64,000 nt of DNA from an uncultured cyanobacterium (GCA_963793265.1 CAWBZI010000007.1:64001-128000), one strand, 5' to 3'; positions 10,555 to 21,348 are shown, numbered from the stretch's first letter. Translations and numbers: made by a program. The notes: generated by a model from the sequence alone, not told the origin.

Positions 10555-11403
10555 ATGAAGCAGCTTGCGGTTCGCAGTTTGGGTTGGGGCGTTGGGATGG
10601 TTGCGTTTTTTCAGCTCCCGATGCTCGCCAGCTATCAGGCACCAGGGCATCAGGCATCGAGCGTTCGTTTTGACGCTCAGCAGCCCCAGTTGATAGCCGT
10701 TGCGCTGAGCACGCGTGATTTGCGACCGGGCGATCGCGGCGCAGATGTTCGCGTTTTGCAGCGCTATCTCAGCCGCAACGGCCTCTATACCGGCAGCATT
10801 GACGGTGCCTACGGCGACGAAACAGTTGATGCGGTAGCCACCTATCAGCGCATCCGCAACCTACCGGCAACCGGCATCGCTGACGAAGAAACCCTCATAG
10901 ATATGGACTTCGACTTTTTGCCCGACGCTAGAGATACAACGGCACCCGTTTCCCAACCATCACGCAGAAACGCGCCTATCTCTAGAGGCGACCTAAGACT
11001 CGGTAGCACAGGTGAAGACGTTGCTAACCTTCAGCGCCGCCTTAACGACTACGGCATTCCTGTCGGCATTGACGGCGACTATGGATTTGAAACGCAGCAG
11101 GCCGTCCGCACCTATCAGCGCGTGCAGGGCTTGCCGGTAACCGGCAATGCCGATAGAGAAACGCTCAGAAGCATGGGGGTTTCAGCATCGTCAGTCAACG
11201 ACAGTCTGCCTTACGTGGCGGCTATCATTGCTGACGAGTCCCGACTAGCCGACGTGCAGCAGTTCTTTCCTGATGCCTATATCGATCGCGTTCGCAGAGG
11301 TCGGTTTATCAATATCGGTAACTTTGGCGATCGCTTCCCTGCCGAAGCTCGGGTGGACGCGGCTAAAGCACGAGGATTCAATACCCGCGTGCTCTATCGC
11401 TAA
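10555..11403 (+). CDS. Secreted peptidoglycan-binding domain protein
   Basis: Signal peptide, two PG_binding_1 domains, SPOR-like C-terminus. Confidence 0.85.
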   Translation: MKQLAVRSLGWGVGMVAFFQLPMLASYQAPGHQASSVRFDAQQPQLIAVALSTRDLRPGDRGADVRVLQRYLSRNGLYTGSIDGAYGDETVDAVATYQRIRNLPATGIADEETLIDMDFDFLPDARDTTAPVSQPSRRNAPISRGDLRLGSTGEDVANLQRRLNDYGIPVGIDGDYGFETQQAVRTYQRVQGLPVTGNADRETLRSMGVSASSVNDSLPYVAAIIADESRLADVQQFFPDAYIDRVRRGRFINIGNFGDRFPAEARVDAAKARGFNTRVLYR

Positions 11404-11410
11404 CTCGCTA

Positions 11411-14020
11411 CTATGCGGCGTTGTTCCAGATCGCATCGACATCCATCACCAGCGATCGCCCGAGCCTGACCCAAAGGCTCCAACGAGGCGCTAACCGCAT
11501 ATCCTCAGTACGCTCCTCACTTAGTCGGGCCTCCATCAAGTAGCCGTAGTAAAGCTCTTGAGCCCGATAGAGCGCTGAGGAAATCGACAGCTTACGCCCT
11601 AAAGAAATCAGCCGTTCTAAGCCTTCAATTGCAGCTTCTAACTCACGATAGTCATTTGATGCAGCACCCTGAAGCGTCTGCGAAAGGCCCTGCAAAATTA
11701 GCCGCTCTAAAACCGGCTTAGCGCCCGGCAGCTTCAGCTCGCTGCGGAAGTGATGGGCCTCTACCGCAATTCCCTCTAGCTCAGCAATCCGACCCACCGT
11801 AATTTTGAGCAGGTTGCCTTCGGGTTCGGTAATGTCCTGCTCTAGCGCTTTGATCACGTCTAAGGCGCGATGGCTGAGGGTAATATCAGCGGCGACCTGT
11901 AGGGCTTGAGGAACAGCGAGGCGATCGCGGTGAAACGCCATCAGCACACCATAGTTCTCTCGATACACCTGCTCGTAAAGCTGATCGAGCCGTTGCAGCG
12001 TCTCCTGGTTGAGCTGCTGCATAATCTGCTGACGTTCTTCTGCAAACAGATCTTGCAGCGTGTAGGTAGGGCTAAAGTAGCGCGAGATAGAGAGTACGCT
12101 TTGAGCAATGCTGTTGCTGGTAAAAGCAGAGATCACCGCAGACTTGGCTTTGCTGTAGGCCGAATGACTAGGGAACGCCTGCACTCCACAGTGAAAGTCC
12201 CAGCCGCCTAAATGCAGCACCGCAAACGCCAGGGTTGTCGTCTCTTGCGTCATCGCAGCGGTAATTTTGACCTGTCCAATCGCTAGCGTCAGTGCGCCTA
12301 AAGGCTGCTGGTAGTAGTCTTTACGGTCTAGCGTGTAGCAATAGAGCTGATGCTGGGGCCGGTAATTATTAAACAGCGAGGCCATCGCATAGTGAGCCAC
12401 CACCTGCTCTATGCTGACCCGGTTAGGCTGCACCTGCTTGAGATATACGCCTGCGCCGTCTTTGAAGTAGTCCACATTGCTCGGTGCGCTCTCTAGTCGC
12501 CCGATGAACTCGGCTTCTAAGCTATTGCCAGAGATCACCTCAGCTAGCTCAATGGCTCGCGCTGCATATTGCAAAAGCTGAGTGCCCTCGGGTCTAGAAA
12601 TTTCGTCAAAGAACCAGCCGCAGCTTGTGTACATCAGCAGGGCGTGACGCTGCATTTCTAGCAGGCGTAGGGCTACTGTGCGCTCGGCGCTGTCGAGTGG
12701 GTGGGTTTGGTGCTGCTCAAAGAAGGCGTCTAGGGTTTGTTGGGTGCGATCGCTCACCACCATTACATAGTCATTTCTTGCCGCCCAGGGATCGCGCAGC
12801 AGCCGTTCGCCGTACTTTTCATAGAGGGAAGAGAGGCGATCGCGTAGCCAGTCCAAAGACTCTCGCAAAGGCGCGCGCCACTGCTGCTGCCAGCCACCGC
12901 CACCGCCGCAGCCGCAGTCGGCCTTCCAACGGTCTACCCCGTGCGAACAGCTCCATGCAGTAACCGGCTTTAGCTGCACCTCCCACGTCGGCTGACAAAT
13001 ACTGAGATAGTGCGCGTAGCTCGTCACCTGCCAGCCTCGCGCTGGAAACTCGTCTGTGAGCGCGTAGGCCAGCGCCTTTTCCGCCCCGGCTCTATGGTGA
13101 CCAAAGGTTTCACCGTCCGTCGCCACAGAAATAATCTGCGCCTGACTGGGCTCATTGCCCTGAAAATCTAGCTGATCGTCCCAGGGCCGTACGGCCTGAC
13201 CGATGCGATCGGCAAAGTACTGCGAGGAGCGCAAAATGTCGTCAAAGCCCATATCACCAGAGATCGGGCCGTCATAAAAGAAAATATCTAGATAGTTACG
13301 GCCATTGGCCTGCGTCGGTACAAAGCAGCGATAGGGTCGTGTGGGATCGATATTGGCGCTGCCCACATCCTGCCACTGATCGAAGCCGTCACTGCGGCCA
13401 AACTGACGACAGCGCCCGGCCTGCGTAGGAGCCAGCACAATAAACTTGATGCCCTCATTCACCAGCACCTCTAAAGAGGCATTATCAACCGCAGTTTCAG
13501 CTAGCCACATGCCTTCTGGGTCGCGGCCAAAGCGGCGCTGAAAGTCAGCAATGCCCCAGCGAACCTGCGTGACCTTATCGCGCTCGTTAGCCAGCGGTAA
13601 AATGATGTGATTGTAGGCTTGCGCGATCGCGTTTCCATGCCCCTGATTGCGCTGACAGCTCGCTCTATCAGCAGCTAAAATTCGCTGGTACGTCTCTAAA
13701 TCATGACGCTCTAGCCAGCTCATGAGCGTAGGGCCAATATTGAAGCTGATATGCTCGTAGCTATTAACGATACGAACCACCTCACCCTGCTCATTCAGCA
13801 CGCGAGCGAAGGCGTTAGGCCGATAGGACTCATGTAAAATCCGCTCGTTCCAGTCGTGAAAAGGGGCCGCGCTAGGCTGACGACCCACCACATCCAGGGA
13901 AGGGTTTTCGCGCGGTGGCTGATAAAAATGCCCATGAACGCAAACGTACACACCCGCCGCAACCGACTGATTCGGTTCGTTCACAGTCTCTACAGGAGAG
14001 ATTAATGAAGGCATAGCCAT
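11411..14020 (-). CDS. Glycoside hydrolase family 57 protein with DUF3536
   Basis: HGHFYQPPRENP, YNHIILPLA, GMWLAETAVD, ATDGETFGHH, MYTSCGWFFDE. Confidence 0.92.
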   Translation of the reverse strand: MAMPSLISPVETVNEPNQSVAAGVYVCVHGHFYQPPRENPSLDVVGRQPSAAPFHDWNERILHESYRPNAFARVLNEQGEVVRIVNSYEHISFNIGPTLMSWLERHDLETYQRILAADRASCQRNQGHGNAIAQAYNHIILPLANERDKVTQVRWGIADFQRRFGRDPEGMWLAETAVDNASLEVLVNEGIKFIVLAPTQAGRCRQFGRSDGFDQWQDVGSANIDPTRPYRCFVPTQANGRNYLDIFFYDGPISGDMGFDDILRSSQYFADRIGQAVRPWDDQLDFQGNEPSQAQIISVATDGETFGHHRAGAEKALAYALTDEFPARGWQVTSYAHYLSICQPTWEVQLKPVTAWSCSHGVDRWKADCGCGGGGGWQQQWRAPLRESLDWLRDRLSSLYEKYGERLLRDPWAARNDYVMVVSDRTQQTLDAFFEQHQTHPLDSAERTVALRLLEMQRHALLMYTSCGWFFDEISRPEGTQLLQYAARAIELAEVISGNSLEAEFIGRLESAPSNVDYFKDGAGVYLKQVQPNRVSIEQVVAHYAMASLFNNYRPQHQLYCYTLDRKDYYQQPLGALTLAIGQVKITAAMTQETTTLAFAVLHLGGWDFHCGVQAFPSHSAYSKAKSAVISAFTSNSIAQSVLSISRYFSPTYTLQDLFAEERQQIMQQLNQETLQRLDQLYEQVYRENYGVLMAFHRDRLAVPQALQVAADITLSHRALDVIKALEQDITEPEGNLLKITVGRIAELEGIAVEAHHFRSELKLPGAKPVLERLILQGLSQTLQGAASNDYRELEAAIEGLERLISLGRKLSISSALYRAQELYYGYLMEARLSEERTEDMRLAPRWSLWVRLGRSLVMDVDAIWNNAA

Positions 14021-14301
14021 AGAATTTTTATGAGGTGTAAGGAGGAGGGGCGATCGCCAGTGAGAAAAACCCGTTGGCAGAGTTTAGGTGCTCGATCACA
14101 AAGGACTATAAAGATAGCGCTAGTGTAGCGACATCTCTCTAAGAAAAGATATTCAGATTGCAAAAAATACGGCTACTTGTACTAGGTACCCGTATTCCAC
14201 CCTTGCCATTTGCAGATTTTCAGCGATCCCCTACTTCACCTTAAGAATCTGACAGCGAGAATGATCAATCCTTTCCTCAGCCCACTTCCTTGTGTTTTCG
14301 T

Positions 14302-14790
14302 ATGCGATCGCAGCCACCCTCCAAAAACGACTCATCCAAGCCTCAAATCACGACCGTCAGCGGTACGGTCGTCTCAGGGCACCAAGTCGCCTCCGGGCAA
14401 TCATCGCAAAGCCCTTACCCCAAAGGCACCATCGAAATGCAAACGCCGCATTTCCTGGCCCTCGGCGTCGATCTCACCCCTTTCTACCCCGGCACACTCA
14501 ACGTTTCCATTGCGCCACATCGCTTTGAACTCATCCCCAAAGTCACGCTGCCTCACGTGAAATGGTCTGCTAACCACGACGCTGAAAGCTTTTCGTTTGT
14601 GCCGATTAGTCTCACCTGGCAGCAGCAGACCCATTCTGGCCTCATCTACTACCCACGCCCCGAAACCAAAATCAATCACTTCCAAGACCCTTCGGTACTA
14701 GAGCTGCTGCTGCCTTTTGTAACAGGAATGACTTACAGCCAGCAGGTTACGCTCTCTGCTTCGGCCAGCGAACTTATAATAAAGCCGTAA
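14302..14790 (+). CDS. Conserved hypothetical protein, CTP-dependent riboflavin-kinase-like fold
   Basis: GTVVSGHQVASG and FYPGTLNV resemble archaeal RibK motifs; ATG 14302 preferred over TTG 14290. Confidence 0.55.
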   Translation: MRSQPPSKNDSSKPQITTVSGTVVSGHQVASGQSSQSPYPKGTIEMQTPHFLALGVDLTPFYPGTLNVSIAPHRFELIPKVTLPHVKWSANHDAESFSFVPISLTWQQQTHSGLIYYPRPETKINHFQDPSVLELLLPFVTGMTYSQQVTLSASASELIIKP

Positions 14791-14816
14791 GCCCTTCCGT
14801 CCCACACTTTTCTCCT

Positions 14817-15497
14817 ATGACGCAGCCTGACATCAACTTTCTCTCTCAGCAGCTCGAAACAGGCGATCTTAAAGATCGCAAGCTGGCACTGGCTGCGCTG
14901 CGTGAAGTCCCGGCTGAGCAGGCAGTGCCGTTAATTAAGAAGGTGTTGACGGATAAAAACGATCAGGTGCGCTCGATGGCGATTTTTGCGCTGGGCGTAA
15001 AGCAAACCGATGAGTGCTACGACCTACTGTTGAATATTTTAGAAAACGATCCTGACTACGGCATTCGCGCAGATGCCGCCGGAGCGTTGGGATATTTAGA
15101 AGATCCCCGCGCGTTCGATCCGTTAGTAAAAGCGTTTTACGAGGACGTTGACTGGCTGGTACGGTTTAGTGCGGCGGTTTCTTTAGGCAACCTCAAAAAC
15201 CCAGCGGCCCACGATGCATTAATTTCGGCCTTAGATAGTAAGGAAGTTGTGATTCAGCAGGCCGCGATCGCAGCGCTAGGCGAAATCAAAGACCTTTCTG
15301 CCATCGACAACATTCTCAACTTTGCCCAATCCGACGACTGGCTCGTTCGCCAGCGTTTGGCCGAAGCCCTCGGCAATCTACCCAGCGACAAAAGCCTTTC
15401 TGCCCTGCGCTACCTCGCTAAAGACGAGCACTCGCAAGTCTCCGAAGCAGCGCAAATTTCGATCAAACGTTTAGAAGCGTTAGATTCAGCAGAGTAA
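14817..15497 (+). CDS. nblB: HEAT-repeat phycobilin-lyase-like protein NblB
   Basis: VRSMAIFALG, DPDYGIRADAAGALGYLED, DWLVRFSAAVSLGNL, DWLVRQRLAEALG. Confidence 0.85.
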   Translation: MTQPDINFLSQQLETGDLKDRKLALAALREVPAEQAVPLIKKVLTDKNDQVRSMAIFALGVKQTDECYDLLLNILENDPDYGIRADAAGALGYLEDPRAFDPLVKAFYEDVDWLVRFSAAVSLGNLKNPAAHDALISALDSKEVVIQQAAIAALGEIKDLSAIDNILNFAQSDDWLVRQRLAEALGNLPSDKSLSALRYLAKDEHSQVSEAAQISIKRLEALDSAE

Positions 15498-15559
15498 GAG
15501 ATTATAGCTTGACATAAAGGGAAACTTAGGCATAGGTAAAACAATTTCTTCGCATACCC

Positions 15560-15727
15560 ATGTCCAAATCCAGTTCTTCTTTATCAGCTAAAGCGCTTTC
15601 TTCTATTAGATGGCCTTGGTTTGTAACTGGGTGCATCAGCTTAATCATCGGCAGTCTTTATCTTGGCGCAATAGACTCAACCACTGCGCCACCTGAGGTT
15701 AAGTATTCTTCAACCTCACAAAAGTAA
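15560..15727 (+). CDS. Small (55 aa) single-TM hypothetical protein
   Basis: Manual translation MSKSSSSLSAKALSSIRWPWFVTGCISLIIGSLYLGAIDSTTAPPEVKYSSTSQK*; fills the nblB-SDR gap. Confidence 0.45.
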   Translation: MSKSSSSLSAKALSSIRWPWFVTGCISLIIGSLYLGAIDSTTAPPEVKYSSTSQK

Positions 15728-15736
15728 TGCTTACAG

Positions 15737-16741
15737 TTAGCTTTTAGGCGCATTGGAAAATAGGAGGGCGGCAGTCGCGATCGCTGCCATCCCCAAAACC
15801 GTCACCGGATTCCGACGCGCCCAATCTGAAACACTCGGCACCGTCAGCTCGTTGTAGTCGCCGTCGGCCTGCTCATAGCCGGGCATCGGCTCGAATAGGT
15901 TATCCGGTGCTTGTTCGCTTTTAGGAATATCAGTCGTTTGCCCCTTAAACCCAAGCGGTGTGGTTAATAGGCGATCAAGCAGACCTGGCGCAAGTCTTTG
16001 GGCAATATCTAAAACTCTACCAACGTCGCCAACGATATAGTCGCGCGTAGGATGCTCAGCGGCATATAGAATAGCCGCGACAACGAGCTGAGGATCGTAG
16101 TAAGGCGGTACGCCAGTCGGCTTGTATCCAACTTTTGTGCGAGCGTGGTTATAGAAAGGCGTATTAATCACAGCAGGCTTGATACTAGCAACGTTGATGT
16201 TTGCGCCCTCATGCTGCAATTCAACGCGAATTGATTCGAGAAAGCCTTCTACGCCATGTTTGGCAGTCGAATAGGCGCTTTGCAACGGAATCGAACGAAT
16301 GCCTTCTACTGAAGAAATAGAGATAAATGAACCCTGACCTTCTTTTTTGAGATGTGGCAGTGCGGCCTTTGCGCCGTAGACCTGGCCCATAAGGGTCACA
16401 TCAATCACCCGGCGGAATTCATCTAAATCTGTGTCGCTAAAAGGGGCAACAATGCCAACGGCTGCGTTTTGAACCCAGGTGTCAATGCGTCCGAAGATAG
16501 CTATGGCGGTTTGGGCGATCGCCTCTACCTGCTCAAAGTCAGCCACATCAGCCACCACTGATACCGCCTCGCCCCCCTGCGCCTTGATCTGTTTAACCAG
16601 CGAATCTAAGGCGTGCTGATTACGCGCTGCGGCCACCACCTTAGCGCCTTGCTTAGCAAAGTCTAGGGCAGCGCCTCGTCCAATGCCGGTAGAAGCGCCG
16701 ACGATAACAACAACTTGTTGACTGATTGGCTTGAGATTCAT
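15737..16741 (-). CDS. Short-chain dehydrogenase/reductase
   Basis: GASTGIG, IDTWVQNAA, YSTAK catalytic motif. Confidence 0.92.
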   Translation of the reverse strand: MNLKPISQQVVVIVGASTGIGRGAALDFAKQGAKVVAAARNQHALDSLVKQIKAQGGEAVSVVADVADFEQVEAIAQTAIAIFGRIDTWVQNAAVGIVAPFSDTDLDEFRRVIDVTLMGQVYGAKAALPHLKKEGQGSFISISSVEGIRSIPLQSAYSTAKHGVEGFLESIRVELQHEGANINVASIKPAVINTPFYNHARTKVGYKPTGVPPYYDPQLVVAAILYAAEHPTRDYIVGDVGRVLDIAQRLAPGLLDRLLTTPLGFKGQTTDIPKSEQAPDNLFEPMPGYEQADGDYNELTVPSVSDWARRNPVTVLGMAAIATAALLFSNAPKS

Positions 16742-16768
16742 AAGACAATTTTGAGGAGGTTAAAGAGA

Positions 16769-17356
16769 TTATGGAATTTGAGTTTCGCCAGGGCCGACGA
16801 TGCCGACCTTGTGGCGAAAGGTGAGTTCTCCGCCGTACCAGCCGCTGATCATCAACAGCGCGGCGACGATTAAAGAGAGAGTAATGCCAAAAGGTAAGAT
16901 GATAGCGTTTGTACCGATTAGACGAAGGCCAAAGTTAACCAGCGTTAGCGCCAGTACGCCAACGTTCAGCCACATGTGCGCCCAGCCTGCGCGGCGGTTG
17001 CGGACTCTCGGAATGCGAATAAAGTCAAACATGCCGATGATGGCGGCGGCGATCGCCGTTAATAATCCTGCCCCCAGTAGCCACACCGAAGCCTGCGCCC
17101 AAAACTCTCCTTTTGTAAGCCAGTAGCCCAAATCTGTGCCAGCAACTGTGCTTAAAAACGCAACGGGGAAGATGACAATAACCGGGTGGATAGGATGGCC
17201 TAATATAGCGACTGAGCTAGTGATGCCGGTGTCTCTATATTCTGTTTCACGGCTATCAATCAGCGGTGGAACGTTAGGATAGGGCGTGCCGGTGTCGTTT
17301 GAGTCGGAGCGAGTTTGTGAGGTTGTCATGTTAAGAAGGCTGCTTACGATGGACAA
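16769..17356 (-). CDS. DUF2231 family membrane protein
   Basis: GHPIHPVIVIFP, four TM helices, GWYGGELTFRH. Confidence 0.85.
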   Translation of the reverse strand: MSIVSSLLNMTTSQTRSDSNDTGTPYPNVPPLIDSRETEYRDTGITSSVAILGHPIHPVIVIFPVAFLSTVAGTDLGYWLTKGEFWAQASVWLLGAGLLTAIAAAIIGMFDFIRIPRVRNRRAGWAHMWLNVGVLALTLVNFGLRLIGTNAIILPFGITLSLIVAALLMISGWYGGELTFRHKVGIVGPGETQIP

Positions 17357-17540
17357 CGGGCTTGAGTTGCTATGGTAGAAACTTTCTAGAAGTGCTTGCT
17401 CTACCTACAGAGCTAAGCGGTTAGCATCATCAGGCGTGAAGGCGATCGCACCCATACCTTCCTTAAGACGTGCCGAAAGAGAATTGTCGTGCGATCGCCA
17501 CTTTGATACACAATAAGGACAATCACTTAAAGGCCAAATT

Positions 17541-18131
17541 ATGAAATTCTTTGAAAAGCCCGGTGCCGACGTAGCCGATCGTGTTCCGCCTGGTCAACAT
17601 CTTGCCAAAGGCTTTCCAGTACTCACCTATGGCGACACGCCGCAAATTAGCACAAACGACTGGCAGTTTACGGTGTCGGGCTTAGCCACCCCCAAGACGT
17701 TTTCCTGGCAAGACTTTATGGACATGCCGCAAAGTGAATTTACCGCTGACTTTCACTGCGTCACCACCTGGAGCAAGCTGGATGTGAAATGGCAGGGTAT
17801 AAAAGTAACAGATTTTTTGAAAGCTATTGAAGTTGATCCGAAAGCAGCTCATGTGATGGAGCACTGCTACGGCGACTACACGACTAACATTTCAATGGAA
17901 GATTTTGCTAGAGAAGAGAATTTCTTCGCCCATACGCTGTTTGGCGAACCTTTACCGGCTGAGCACGGCGGGCCAATGCGACTTGTTGTTCCTCATTTGT
18001 ATGCGTGGAAGAGCGCGAAATGGATTAATGGACTGGAGTTTTTGGCAGAGATGGAGCTGGGATTTTGGGAGCGTAATGGCTATCACAAGCGCGGTGAGCC
18101 TTTTTCAGAAGAGAGATATAGCGATCGCTAA
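17541..18131 (+). CDS. Sulfite oxidase-like molybdopterin oxidoreductase
   Basis: RVPPGQ, ADFHCVTTWS, EHGGPMRLVVPHLYAWKSAKW, GFWERNGYH. Confidence 0.92.
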   Translation: MKFFEKPGADVADRVPPGQHLAKGFPVLTYGDTPQISTNDWQFTVSGLATPKTFSWQDFMDMPQSEFTADFHCVTTWSKLDVKWQGIKVTDFLKAIEVDPKAAHVMEHCYGDYTTNISMEDFAREENFFAHTLFGEPLPAEHGGPMRLVVPHLYAWKSAKWINGLEFLAEMELGFWERNGYHKRGEPFSEERYSDR

Positions 18132-18240
18132 TACGGTAGATTTGTTTGCGTAACGATATAAGGGTTAGCAGGCAGTTGCTAAGGCTGGGAAATATAGGGG
18201 TGACGGTTTTTGCGCGATCGCCCATTCCCTCCCATTCCCT

Positions 18241-19017
18241 ATGGCTACCTTCGATCTCAACAGCACCATTCCCATTCTCTCTAGCCTACCACCCGAGGCC
18301 CGAGACTGGCTCACTAGCTTGCCCTGGCAGCAGCGTCGCTACGTCCTTTCACTGTGTCATTTAGCCTGCGCAACGCCCTCAGCCCAGCAGGCCGAATTTT
18401 TAGATGCTTACACGGCTGAAGGTCTGCTGTCGAGAATTGTAGATGATGCTGATACGCGGCAAAGGGTGAATGAGCACCTGGCGCGCTTTCGTAGCGATGC
18501 TGAAATTGACGATGCCACCGTGAGGAAATATATTCGTCAGGTGTATGTGCATTCTGTTCAAGATGCTCGGCAGCGGCCCGATCTGTATTTAGAAACCGCG
18601 CTCATGCTAATGGGTAGCGCTCAGGAGCACAGCAGCGTACTCAGCTACATATTAGGTTTTGAAATCTTGAAACTGTTGTTTGATATGAGCTGGGCGCAGC
18701 ACGAACGACTCTATCATTTGCAGCCCAATCAAGACGAATTTACACGCGAGTTCATTCGCCCTGTACAGCAGGCCCACAAACGCTACGGCATTGTAAAACC
18801 CAGGGACGAAAAGAACTTTTTCGCCCGCCGCGATTACTTTATCCAACAGCCTAAAATTCACCGACAGCGGATAGTCGGCCTGATTATTGAATTCTTTACC
18901 GCTAATAAAATTATTGAGCTAGGGTTTTCAGTTCTTCGTCACCCCAACGCCATCCATTTTGACTACGAATATATATACGCACCTGATGATGCCGCGTTAG
19001 GAAGCCCCCATAAATAA
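18241..19017 (+). CDS. Conserved cyanobacterial hypothetical protein
   Basis: 258-aa ORF (LPWQQRRYVLSLCHL, FFARRDYFIQ); no function assignable from sequence. Confidence 0.7.
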   Translation: MATFDLNSTIPILSSLPPEARDWLTSLPWQQRRYVLSLCHLACATPSAQQAEFLDAYTAEGLLSRIVDDADTRQRVNEHLARFRSDAEIDDATVRKYIRQVYVHSVQDARQRPDLYLETALMLMGSAQEHSSVLSYILGFEILKLLFDMSWAQHERLYHLQPNQDEFTREFIRPVQQAHKRYGIVKPRDEKNFFARRDYFIQQPKIHRQRIVGLIIEFFTANKIIELGFSVLRHPNAIHFDYEYIYAPDDAALGSPHK

Positions 19018-19039
19018 ATTGTAGGGGTGTCATATCTCA

Positions 19040-20131
19040 CTAGCTAGCCTTTCGTCTAAAAAAGGGTTTCTTCGCAGTCTTTGGAGCCTCACTACTAAAT
19101 CTTTCCATAGGCGTCACGTCTACCTGTAGCGACACCGGACGATTCAGCTCCTGAGAGAGCAAATTGCGAACGACATCGACTTGACTGGCTGAAATAGTAT
19201 CAGGAACAGCCTCTACCCCTAAGTCAACCGCAACCGTCTTGCCCTCTTTTTGAACAGAAAGAGAATTGATTTTAGCGTTTGCAAACGTCTCACTGCGGCG
19301 GCGAATAACATCGTTGACCGTTATGCTAGCCTGCTTTGTGAGCACCAAGTCCTGAAAAGAAAAGCTCAGCGGAATACCTAAACATAGCAGCGTAACAATC
19401 GCGACTGTCATACCGCGTTTTGCTCGTTCGATTGAGCCGTAGCGCTGCGCCAAAAAGACCAGTCCGCCGCTGAAGATGATGCCTGCCAGGTTCGTTAAGA
19501 ACAACAGCAGTGCGCCAGAAAATACCTGCCAGGAGGCAAAGGCAATGCCGACACCGACCACGCTTAGCGGTGGGACTAACGCAACTGCGATCGCAACCCC
19601 CGGTAGCGCATCCGAAATCCCTCTACGAGACTTCGCCAGCGCCCCCGTAGCACCTGCCGCTAAAGCAACTCCCAAATCTATCAGCGTCGGCCTAGTTCGC
19701 GCTGAAATCTCAGCCGTCAGCGAATCGATCCCCACAACATTAGAAATAATAGCCGCTGTCACAATCGTCAGCAGTGCGCCAAGCACCAAAGACAGGCTCG
19801 CCCGCTTCAGCAGCCTGCGGTTAGCCATCACGATTGCAAACGACATGCCCTCGATTGGGCCCATCAAAGGCGCAACAATCATCGCTCCAATGACCGTAGC
19901 GCTGCTGTTAGACAATAATCCTAACGTCGCAATGGTGCCTGAAAAGAACAACAACAGATAATAGTTAGAAGAAGATTCAGCACTTCGCCATAGGCTACGG
20001 TTGAGGCTAGGCAGTGGGACGGCTCTTGTTTCCATCCAGTGCCAGTTGCCCTTATTTCGCTCTTTTAGCGAAACCACTTGACGAGAACTCCAGGCAAATA
20101 AATTCTTACTAATAGTAGCTAACATACACAA
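19040..20131 (-). CDS. DUF389 / TIGR00341-type membrane protein
   Basis: IATLGLLSNS, VIGAMIVAPLMGPI, RTRPTLIDL, LPGVAIAVALVPPL. Confidence 0.9.
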   Translation of the reverse strand: MCMLATISKNLFAWSSRQVVSLKERNKGNWHWMETRAVPLPSLNRSLWRSAESSSNYYLLLFFSGTIATLGLLSNSSATVIGAMIVAPLMGPIEGMSFAIVMANRRLLKRASLSLVLGALLTIVTAAIISNVVGIDSLTAEISARTRPTLIDLGVALAAGATGALAKSRRGISDALPGVAIAVALVPPLSVVGVGIAFASWQVFSGALLLFLTNLAGIIFSGGLVFLAQRYGSIERAKRGMTVAIVTLLCLGIPLSFSFQDLVLTKQASITVNDVIRRRSETFANAKINSLSVQKEGKTVAVDLGVEAVPDTISASQVDVVRNLLSQELNRPVSLQVDVTPMERFSSEAPKTAKKPFFRRKAS

Positions 20132-20325
20132 AAAATCCTCAAGGGGTGCGCGAAGCGATAAAGAAGATGAGGCAATGCCGTTGCTACCGGCTATATAAGT
20201 ACGGCTACAGAGAGCTATACGCTAAAAGAAAGCATCCGAAACGCGAGCACAGAAAACCGTGCTCATGAAAGAGTATACAAGTATTTACTTTTGTTAAACT
20301 ATCTAACTTGAGAGGTATTTGCGGC

Positions 20326-21285
20326 TTAGCAGCGAATAGGCGGTACGCTTGGCCCTGCGTTGATGCGGTTCAAACCTTCCAGGTTTAGCAGTGTGCTGTC
20401 GTAGCGGACGATGTTGGCTTCCTGCCTACTACCCACTTGGCGACCTCGGCGGAGCTTTAGGCGATCGCTAGCATTAAAGCTCTCAAACGTCTCACCTGTG
20501 CTAATAGGAACTGCACCTGGCGCTGCTTGAACCGAAATACCCGTCACGGTGTCTCCGTTGATTTGCCCCTGTACGCAGATGGTTTCGTCATTGACGTAGC
20601 CAAATATACCCGTGAAGTTGTTGCCTTGCTTTTTAAATCTCACAACTAGGGTACGCTCACCGCTAGCTAAAAGATCGTCATCTGAAACAATGCCATCTGT
20701 AGGTGAGCCATTCCAATAGCGATAGTTACCATCTGGCAAGCTACTGACAGTGGGTTGATTGGCAGCTACGGGTCTATCAATCACCTCGGCTTCGGTGATG
20801 ATAGTCGCGGCCTCGCTCCTACCGCAGTCTACGTCTCCCCGGCAAGAATAAGGCAGAATGTTTGCAGAACCGTAGGTGAGCCGAACCGTGGCCCCTTCTA
20901 GATCTTGGTTGCAAATTGAGAAGTCGGCAAGCTGTACAAATGTGTTGCTCTCGGCATCTGTTAGGCCGACGTAGCACGTGCGATCGCCCGCTTCTAATCT
21001 AGTAATCGTGCCTGTTTCTGGCGATGGCAGCACCGCTAGCTGAGTGACTTCGCGCGTAAGCTGAATTCTGTTACCGACGAGAACTTGCTCGCAGGTTGCA
21101 GCGTCCGTGACTTCTGTTGTGGTTTGGCCTTCACTGGTCAGGGTGATGGTGCAGCGATCGCCCTCAACCTCCAAGCCTAAAACGCTCCCCGTAAACGTTT
21201 GCTGTGCGCGAACAGTTTGAGCCGTCACCAAAACAGTGCCCAGCGCGACCAATGCAAAAGTCTTTATCTTTATTTGAATACTCAT
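20326..21285 (-). CDS. Secreted hypothetical protein with Cys pairs
   Basis: Signal peptide (..AQTVRA), duplicated GDRxC motif. Confidence 0.75.
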   Translation of the reverse strand: MSIQIKIKTFALVALGTVLVTAQTVRAQQTFTGSVLGLEVEGDRCTITLTSEGQTTTEVTDAATCEQVLVGNRIQLTREVTQLAVLPSPETGTITRLEAGDRTCYVGLTDAESNTFVQLADFSICNQDLEGATVRLTYGSANILPYSCRGDVDCGRSEAATIITEAEVIDRPVAANQPTVSSLPDGNYRYWNGSPTDGIVSDDDLLASGERTLVVRFKKQGNNFTGIFGYVNDETICVQGQINGDTVTGISVQAAPGAVPISTGETFESFNASDRLKLRRGRQVGSRQEANIVRYDSTLLNLEGLNRINAGPSVPPIRC

Positions 21286-21311
21286 TATTTAATAGATGAC
21301 TGCAACAAACG

Positions 21312-21348
21312 AAAAACCGTCCAAGAGCAGCATAGCCTTGAACGGTTT
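21312..21348 (-). terminator. Intrinsic terminator of eno
   Basis: Minus strand AAACCGTTCAAG-loop-CTTGGACGGTTT followed by T-tract, about 40 nt after the eno stop. Confidence 0.7.
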
